NCBI GenBank assembly: GCA_910587515.1
Contig: CAJULW010000028.1
Span: 3,544 to 67,543 of the forward strand
DNA from: an uncultured Duncaniella sp.
GTDB lineage: Bacteria > Bacteroidota > Bacteroidia > Bacteroidales > Muribaculaceae
Reading direction: 5' to 3'
Length of the DNA: 64,000 nt
The position numbers were made by a program, and so were the translations under genes. Under the pieces are notes generated by a model that was not told the DNA's origin, did no database searches, and saw only the letters and a program-made list of their open reading frames with translations. Position 1 is the stretch's first letter. Each line of letters begins with the position of its first letter. Below, piece after piece: positions 58,131 through 64,000 of the stretch.

Positions 58131-61100
58131 TTAGAACGAGAGGTTGAGACCAACGACATAGCTGCGTGACAATGGATATGTCGACGAGTCATAACCTGGG
58201 GTACAGATGATGTTGTCGTTCTTGGCTGACGCGTCGGGGTCATAGCCGGAGTATCCTGTTATGGTGCAGAGGTTGTTGGCGGTGAAATAGAGGCGGAGGT
58301 TGCTTACATGGACTTTTTTCATCCATTTCGCAGGGAATGTGTAACCGAGTGTCACTTGGGCGAGGCGCAGATAAGAGCCGTCTTCAACAAAGTACGATGA
58401 AGGATATGTGATTGTGTTGACGTTGCTTGTCGACAAAGCCCAGGTGCGTCCGTTTTCATTGGGATTGAGTTCTTTAAGTCGAGCTACGTCTTTTGTTTCG
58501 CGTCCGGTTGCCGGGTCGATCAGGCGATAGTAGTTGTAGCCGAATTCGGTGGGGACGTTCTCAAATGGAGCGTATGGACTCATAGCGTGTTTTGTGGCGT
58601 TGTATATATCGTTGCCGAGATTGAACTTCATAAACACGTTTAGGTCAATGCCCTTATATGTGAATGTGTTGCTGAAACCACCGATCATGTCGGGCGTACC
58701 GTTACCGATTTTCACGAGTTTTCTGGTGAACTGCTTGCTCCCGTCTTCGTTCTCGGTATCGGCGGCGAATTTGATGTCACCTGGTTTTGGCGTACCTGTG
58801 GATGGAAGGACCACACCGTCTTTCAAGGCTCCGTATGTTCCGTCAGGATTGATCTCGAAGTCGTCGGTAGTATAGATTCCTTCATATTTGTAGCCATACA
58901 TGTCACCGAGGCTTTCTCCTACAGTGGCATAGTAGGTCACTGTTCCCGAACGGTTTCCACCGGCTCCGAAAGTCTTGTGATCTTCACCGCTTTCAAGCGA
59001 GATCACTTTTGATTTGTTGAGCGAGATGTTGAGTGAAGATGTCCATTGGAAATCGCGTGTAGCGATGTTGACAGTGTTAAGTTGGAATTCCCATCCGCGG
59101 TTGCGCATCTTGCCGACGTTCTGATATTGTTTGCTATAGCCTGTAGATGTGGGGATCACACAGTTCATAAGCATGTCGGAGATTTGGTTGTTATACCATT
59201 CGACAGTCAGGTTGACACGGTTGTTGAACATACCGAGGTCAAGACCGATGTTTGTCGCGTGGAGAGTCTCCCATTTGAGTTTTTTGTTGCCAAGAGTCGA
59301 TCCTACCACGTATGCCGGAGAGTTTTCGTCGTTATCCATCGGATAGGTGGTCATTGACGCGTTGGTGACGTAGAGGTTCGAGCCGATGCCGTTGTTACCT
59401 GTTACACCGTAGCCCACACGGAATTTAAGGTTGTTGAACCAGTTGTTGATTCCGCTTTCCTGCCAGAATTTTTCCTGAGATACGCGCCATGCAGCCGATG
59501 CAGAAGGGAAGTAGCCCCATTTGTTGCCTTTGGCGAATTTAGAGCTACCGTCGGCACGCATTGTCGCAGTGAGGAGATAGCGGTTGTCGTAGCCATAGTT
59601 CACACGGCCGAAAAATGAGAGCATGTTGCTTTCAGAATAACCGGACCCCTTTTCGTATACTTCGACATTGGAGATGTCGTTGAGACCGTGGTTAGGGTAG
59701 GGGAACTTGCGCATTTTCATGTTGTTTTTGTCGCTCTTGGAGAAAGAGTATTCCTGACCGACCATCACTGTAAGATCATGCTTTTCTGCGAAAGTGCGCA
59801 CATAGTTGAGTGTGTTGGAGATATGCCATCCGGATCCGTTGGAGTTGCTGATAGATCCCTGCATACCTGTGTTTACGGGGTCAGAGAGATAGCCGGTAGA
59901 ACGTTCGTCTGCGAAACTTGTGCTTTTACCCCATGATGTGGTGTAGTTGCCCTGAGTGCGCCATGAGAAATTCTTGAGGAAATCAATGGTGATGCCTCCG
60001 TTGACTTCGAAACGTTTGCTGTGGCTTGAAGATGTAGCGGCAAGATTCTGAACAAGAGGGTTGTTAAGGTTGTAGTTGCTATCAAGTTTTTTGAACTGGA
60101 TCGATGTTTCTGAATTCATCAATTCATCCTGTGTGAAAAGCGTACCACCGTTGATTGGCTGGAGCAGCACATAGTCCATGTGACCGTAGTTTCCACCACC
60201 GTGTGTAAGATTGTCGTAGAAGAAAGTATTGAAATCTACTTTTACGCCTTTCCAAAGCTCAGCGTTGATTTTCGCGCGGATAGAGTTGCGGCGATAGTCG
60301 TGATTGGCGAGAAGACCGTCCTGGTCGACATGGTTGTATGACAGAAGAACGCGGGTCTTTTCGGTTCCGGTCGAGATGGACACATTGTGGTTTTGTGTAG
60401 TCGCGTGGCCACCGAAGGCTTCGTCCTGCCAATCAACTGAATAGGGATTGGCATCCCTGCCGTAGCGGTTGTTGATACGGTCGAAAACACCGGTGTAGAA
60501 ATCGGGCATGTCGACACCGTAGGCATCGTCGTAACCGGTAGACCAAGTTGTGGTTTTGCCCTGAAGTTCAGCAAGCTCATACTGATATCCGACATAGTCT
60601 GCTACGTTTCTCATCATAGAGAGTTTCTTAGAGAGTTTGTCGAAGGATACATAGCCGTTATAATCTACTTTGGTTTTTCCGGCAGCGGCCGATTTGGTGG
60701 TTATAACGATGATACCGTTGGAGCCGCGCGCACCGTAGATAGCTGTAGACGAAGCGTCTTTCAGCACGTCGATGGTCTCTATGTCGTTGATGTCGATGTT
60801 GGAGAGCGCGTCGCTCATGGCGAATCCGTCAACGATATAAAGGGGCTTGGTGTCCTGTGTAAGAGACGCACCGCCACGGACTGTGATGTTCATGGAAGCA
60901 CCGGGAGCACCGTTCTGTGACACGATGTTGACACCCGCGGCTTTACCTTGGAGCGCAGCTGCGGCCGATGTAACCGGAACCTTGGCGAGTTCAGAGCCGG
61001 AAACCGAGCTGACCGCACCGGTAAGGTCTTTTTTCTTGATAGTGCCGTAACCGATTGCGACAACTTCATCAAGTACGGTTGAATTGGTGGAGAGTGTTAT

Positions 61101-61385
61101 TTCAAGTTTGGTCTGTCCGTTGACAGGGACTTCCTTGGAGTCATAGCCAATGTAGGATACGACAAGTACGGCATTGGACGGTACTGAAATTTTGAATGCA
61201 CCGTCAAGGTCGGTGGCTACACCGTTGTTTGTGCCTTTCTGCATGACTGTTGCGCCAAGCAGAGGTTCGCCCGTGTCATCGAACACTGTTCCACTGACGG
61301 AAATGTTCTGGGCGTAGACTGAAAGTGAGAATGCCACGGTCAACAAAAAGGCCAACCAGCAGCGGGGGTTCTTACCAAAATTCAT
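58131..61385 (-). CDS. SusC-like TonB-dependent transporter
   Basis: VVAIGYG, DLTGAV, LKDASSTAIYGARGSNGIIVITTK, LKWET, VEDGSYLR and terminal F. Confidence 0.97.
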   Translation of the reverse strand: MNFGKNPRCWLAFLLTVAFSLSVYAQNISVSGTVFDDTGEPLLGATVMQKGTNNGVATDLDGAFKISVPSNAVLVVSYIGYDSKEVPVNGQTKLEITLSTNSTVLDEVVAIGYGTIKKKDLTGAVSSVSGSELAKVPVTSAAAALQGKAAGVNIVSQNGAPGASMNITVRGGASLTQDTKPLYIVDGFAMSDALSNIDINDIETIDVLKDASSTAIYGARGSNGIIVITTKSAAAGKTKVDYNGYVSFDKLSKKLSMMRNVADYVGYQYELAELQGKTTTWSTGYDDAYGVDMPDFYTGVFDRINNRYGRDANPYSVDWQDEAFGGHATTQNHNVSISTGTEKTRVLLSYNHVDQDGLLANHDYRRNSIRAKINAELWKGVKVDFNTFFYDNLTHGGGNYGHMDYVLLQPINGGTLFTQDELMNSETSIQFKKLDSNYNLNNPLVQNLAATSSSHSKRFEVNGGITIDFLKNFSWRTQGNYTTSWGKSTSFADERSTGYLSDPVNTGMQGSISNSNGSGWHISNTLNYVRTFAEKHDLTVMVGQEYSFSKSDKNNMKMRKFPYPNHGLNDISNVEVYEKGSGYSESNMLSFFGRVNYGYDNRYLLTATMRADGSSKFAKGNKWGYFPSASAAWRVSQEKFWQESGINNWFNNLKFRVGYGVTGNNGIGSNLYVTNASMTTYPMDNDENSPAYVVGSTLGNKKLKWETLHATNIGLDLGMFNNRVNLTVEWYNNQISDMLMNCVIPTSTGYSKQYQNVGKMRNRGWEFQLNTVNIATRDFQWTSSLNISLNKSKVISLESGEDHKTFGAGGNRSGTVTYYATVGESLGDMYGYKYEGIYTTDDFEINPDGTYGALKDGVVLPSTGTPKPGDIKFAADTENEDGSKQFTRKLVKIGNGTPDMIGGFSNTFTYKGIDLNVFMKFNLGNDIYNATKHAMSPYAPFENVPTEFGYNYYRLIDPATGRETKDVARLKELNPNENGRTWALSTSNVNTITYPSSYFVEDGSYLRLAQVTLGYTFPAKWMKKVHVSNLRLYFTANNLCTITGYSGYDPDASAKNDNIICTPGYDSSTYPLSRSYVVGLNLSF

Positions 61386-61512
61386 ACACGCATGGTTTAG
61401 ATTTGCAATTATGATATTTATTTTAAGTTAAAAATCGGATAAAATATAGCCTTAGAGGTATTTGAGACATGGTTGTTCCGGTTTGTGCTCACGCTAAAAC
61501 CGCAATTTCGGA

Positions 61513-61566
61513 CAAATTTACGTAGAAAAATTACCCCCCCCCAAATATTTAACCTTAGTTAAATAT
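61513..61566 (-). promoter_or_regulatory. susC promoter with poly-G spacer and upstream palindrome
   Basis: Minus strand TTTG (61545-61542), 21-nt spacer, TAAATTTG (61520-61513), with a G9 run from the end of the -33 box into the spacer; ATATTTAAC-N4-GTTAAATAT at 61545-61566. Confidence 0.7.
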
Positions 61567-61740
61567 ATTTATGTTAATTGGCAAATGGTAATTAAAAAAT
61601 GTTTACAAAAAGGCCTCGTTTTATTAGGTATGGATTATATTTAGGTGTAAAATATTTTAATTTGCAGAAGTGTGTCACAACAATTGGTAAGGGTGAAGCG
61701 TTGTTTGATTATCTCACATTAATTACCACCTATATTATTT

Positions 61741-63027
61741 ATGAGCGATATATTCGTTATCCTTCTTCTCATTCTGCTTAACGGTGTATTTTCAATGTCT
61801 GAAGTCGCGCTTATTTCCGCGCGTAGATCGAGACTCGACGCGGAGGCTCGACGCGGGAGCCGTGCGGCACGAGCCGCAGTGGAGCTTGCCGATGATCCGG
61901 ACCGTTTTCTTTCAACAGTGCAGATCGGCATAACTTTGATCGGTATTCTTACCGGTCTTTTCTCGGGTGCTGCTTTGTCGGTGGCTCTTGGTGATATGCT
62001 CACCGAACTCGGATTGCCCGGGCATACGGCTCTTGTTGTAGCAAAGACTGCGATAGTGATCATTGTTACATACCTGTCGATCGTGGTGGGCGAGCTTGTC
62101 CCGAAGCGTCTCGGGCTTAACGCTGCCGATACTGTGGCTAAACTTGTCGCGAGGCCTATGAGGCTGTTGTCGATGGTCGCGATGCCTGCGGTATGGCTGT
62201 TGTCCAGGTCTACAAATATATTGGTGAAACTTCTCGGGTTGCGTGGCGATTCAAACAAGGTAACCGAGGAGGAAATAAAGTCATTGATACGCGAGGGTAC
62301 TGACGCGGGAGAGGTGCAAATGGTTGAGCAGGGTATCATGGAGAGAGCGTTGGTCATGGGCGACGAACGTGTATCGACGATAATGACGGCCAAGCCGGAT
62401 CTCGTAACGATGGACCTTTCCATGACCTCGGTGGAGGTACGCGAGGTGATATCCGAGAGTTTGCATGATTCATATCCGGTTTATGACGGTGATCGCGAGG
62501 AGGCTGTCGGTGTCGTTTCGCTTAAGGATCTTATCTTGTCTGTAGACCGTCCGGATTTCAGCATTGCGGATGTGATGCAGCCTGGAGTGTTTTTCCCGGA
62601 GAGTATGCGTGTCTATGATGCTCTCGAAGTGTTGCGTGGTAAAGGCGTGCATTGTGCCCTTGTATGCGATGAATACGGAAGTCTTCAGGGAGTGGTCACG
62701 CTTTGCGATGTGCTTGAGGGGCTTATCGGCTCTATAAGCGTGCCGACAGAGGAGCCGTATATAGTAGAGCGTGCCGACGTTTGCAGCTGGCTCATTGATG
62801 GCCAGTGTCCCGTCTATGATTTTCTTGCCTATTTCGATAGCGGGGACAGCTATGCACCGTCGACCTATACCACTGTTGCCGGACTCGTCCTTGAACTATT
62901 GAAGCATATTCCTTCATCAGGAGAATGTGCTGACTGGAACGGCTTCCGCTTTGAGGTCGTAGACATGGACGGTGCGCGCATCGATAAACTGCTTGTCACC
63001 CGAATGCAGTCGGAAGAGGAGGATTGA
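61741..63027 (+). CDS. HlyC/CorC (hemolysin-family, CNNM-CBS-CorC) transporter
   Basis: NGVFSMSEVAL, FLSTVQIGITL, GELVPK, CBS pair, DEYG..GVVT and IDKLLV. Confidence 0.92.
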   Translation: MSDIFVILLLILLNGVFSMSEVALISARRSRLDAEARRGSRAARAAVELADDPDRFLSTVQIGITLIGILTGLFSGAALSVALGDMLTELGLPGHTALVVAKTAIVIIVTYLSIVVGELVPKRLGLNAADTVAKLVARPMRLLSMVAMPAVWLLSRSTNILVKLLGLRGDSNKVTEEEIKSLIREGTDAGEVQMVEQGIMERALVMGDERVSTIMTAKPDLVTMDLSMTSVEVREVISESLHDSYPVYDGDREEAVGVVSLKDLILSVDRPDFSIADVMQPGVFFPESMRVYDALEVLRGKGVHCALVCDEYGSLQGVVTLCDVLEGLIGSISVPTEEPYIVERADVCSWLIDGQCPVYDFLAYFDSGDSYAPSTYTTVAGLVLELLKHIPSSGECADWNGFRFEVVDMDGARIDKLLVTRMQSEEED

Positions 63028-63034
63028 TCTTGCA

Positions 63035-63544
63035 TTAAGTTATTAATGTGGCTTTTCCGTAATCCGATGTTTGTTCCGCTGCAAGTTGGGATGCGTTCTC
63101 GTCGGTGGCGTAGTTTGTCTTTGCCTTTTTGCTGATGATCTGTCGATAAAGGTTTTCAAGACACTCTGTATGGTTTTTAGATTTTATGTCGCATTCCCAT
63201 ACGCGGATCACACGCCATCCGAGTAGGCGGAGATCGACGTTGACGCGATAGTCGCGGGCGATGTTCAGGTTGATTTTATGACGCCAGAAGTCTGTGTTGG
63301 TTTTCGGGAGACGATATGACCTGCATCCTTCGTGGCCGTGCCAGAAACAGCCATCTACGAATATAACGGTGCGGTATTTAGGTAATACGATGTCGGGACA
63401 TCCGGGGAGCCTGCGGTTATTGATCCGATAGCGCAGTCCTTTTGCGAACAAGAATTTCCTTACCTTTATTTCCGGTTTCGTGTTCTTGCCCTTTACGGCC
63501 GCCATGCAACGGCTGCGCTGTTCAGGTGTCATCGTGTCGGTCAT
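63035..63544 (-). CDS. vsr: Very short patch repair endonuclease
   Basis: EQRSRCMAAVKGKNTKPE, LPGCPDIV, FVDGCFWHGH, N..RD and GWRVIRVWEC. Confidence 0.95.
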   Translation of the reverse strand: MTDTMTPEQRSRCMAAVKGKNTKPEIKVRKFLFAKGLRYRINNRRLPGCPDIVLPKYRTVIFVDGCFWHGHEGCRSYRLPKTNTDFWRHKINLNIARDYRVNVDLRLLGWRVIRVWECDIKSKNHTECLENLYRQIISKKAKTNYATDENASQLAAEQTSDYGKATLIT

Positions 63545-63784
63545 ATATGATTTTCAACGGGGACAATGGTTTGATTGTTGTGTTTTCCTATATTTGTCTA
63601 ACATAATTGGTTTCGCCTTCGCGAATCGGATTAAGTCTGACTGTCGCCATTATGTCTCGACGGATATTATAGGCATAATTGATTGCGCCCGATATGCTCT
63701 CGCTCGGCAATGATCTAATAAAATTGTCGTTGCATTTGATTTTTCCATATATTTGCAAATGATTTATAGCTTAAGATTGTAAAT

Positions 63785-64000
63785 ATGGAAAAAACTGTGA
63801 TCGAAACTGATAGGCTGATATTGCGTCGTTGGGAGGATAGTGATGCGGAAGCGTTGTTCAGATATGCCAAGGACCCATTGGTAGGCCCTGTGGCCGGGTG
63901 GCCTCCGCATAGGTCGGTGGATGATAGCCTTGAGATAATACGTACGGTTTTTTCCGCACCGGAGACATACGCGGTCGTGCTTAAATCCACGGGAGAACCT
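63785..64000 (+). CDS. RimJ/RimL-type GNAT acetyltransferase (N-terminal part, runs off window)
   Basis: [42 protein letters not shown]; not in the ORF track because it has no stop in the window. Confidence 0.85.
   Translation, partial: MEKTVIETDRLILRRWEDSDAEALFRYAKDPLVGPVAGWPPHRSVDDSLEIIRTVFSAPETYAVVLKSTGEP

Noticed and set aside
22692..60595. Long antisense or overlapping ORFs (e.g. 22692-23324, 31891-32493, 44946-45668, 49382-50047)
   Set aside because: They lie inside well-supported genes and have no motifs; typical shadow ORFs
63715..63990. 91-aa minus-strand ORF
   Set aside because: Antisense to the partial GNAT gene
1..64000. CRISPR array, rRNA, integrase or phage genes
   Set aside because: I saw no regularly spaced repeats or diagnostic motifs

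Overview
A Bacteroidales chromosome segment. A Muribaculaceae/Prevotellaceae-like origin is inferred from TAnnTTTG promoters, SusC/SusD pairs and short T9SS-type C-termini. 1-11.3 kb: housekeeping genes (DUF4296, lspA, DksA, ileS, M48 peptidase, DEAD-box helicase, YhcH, GH28). 11.5-16.0 kb: an AT-rich three-gene defence cassette (C5 methyltransferase, McrB-like GTPase, LlaJI/McrC-like nuclease). 16.3-21.2 kb: glgB, tRNA-Gly, an exported redox-like gene pair, tRNA-Gln and a pseudogene. 21.6-51.0 kb: a large xyloglucan-type polysaccharide utilisation locus (PUL) with GH97, a T9SS tandem-module protein, an esterase, an HTCS, GH43, GH42, GH2, GH29, a SASA/CE20-like esterase, SusC, SusD, SGBP-B, BACON-GH5 and GH31, interrupted by an internally deleted IS256-like element. 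51.3-61.4 kb: a minus-strand pectin-type PUL (SusC, long SusD, stand-alone T9SS protein, multimodular PL1-like lyase). The window ends with HlyC/CorC, Vsr and a partial GNAT. Best candidates for novelty: (i) an unrecognised module present both as a free T9SS protein and inside the lyase, in the position normally held by a lipoprotein SGBP; (ii) a G9 tract in the -33/-7 spacer of that PUL's promoter; (iii) a shared direct-repeat operator linking four transcription units; (iv) the single-MTase McrBC-like cassette; (v) a promoter-bearing structured non-coding element next to tRNA-Gly. All family calls come from motif recognition by eye; no database searches were run.
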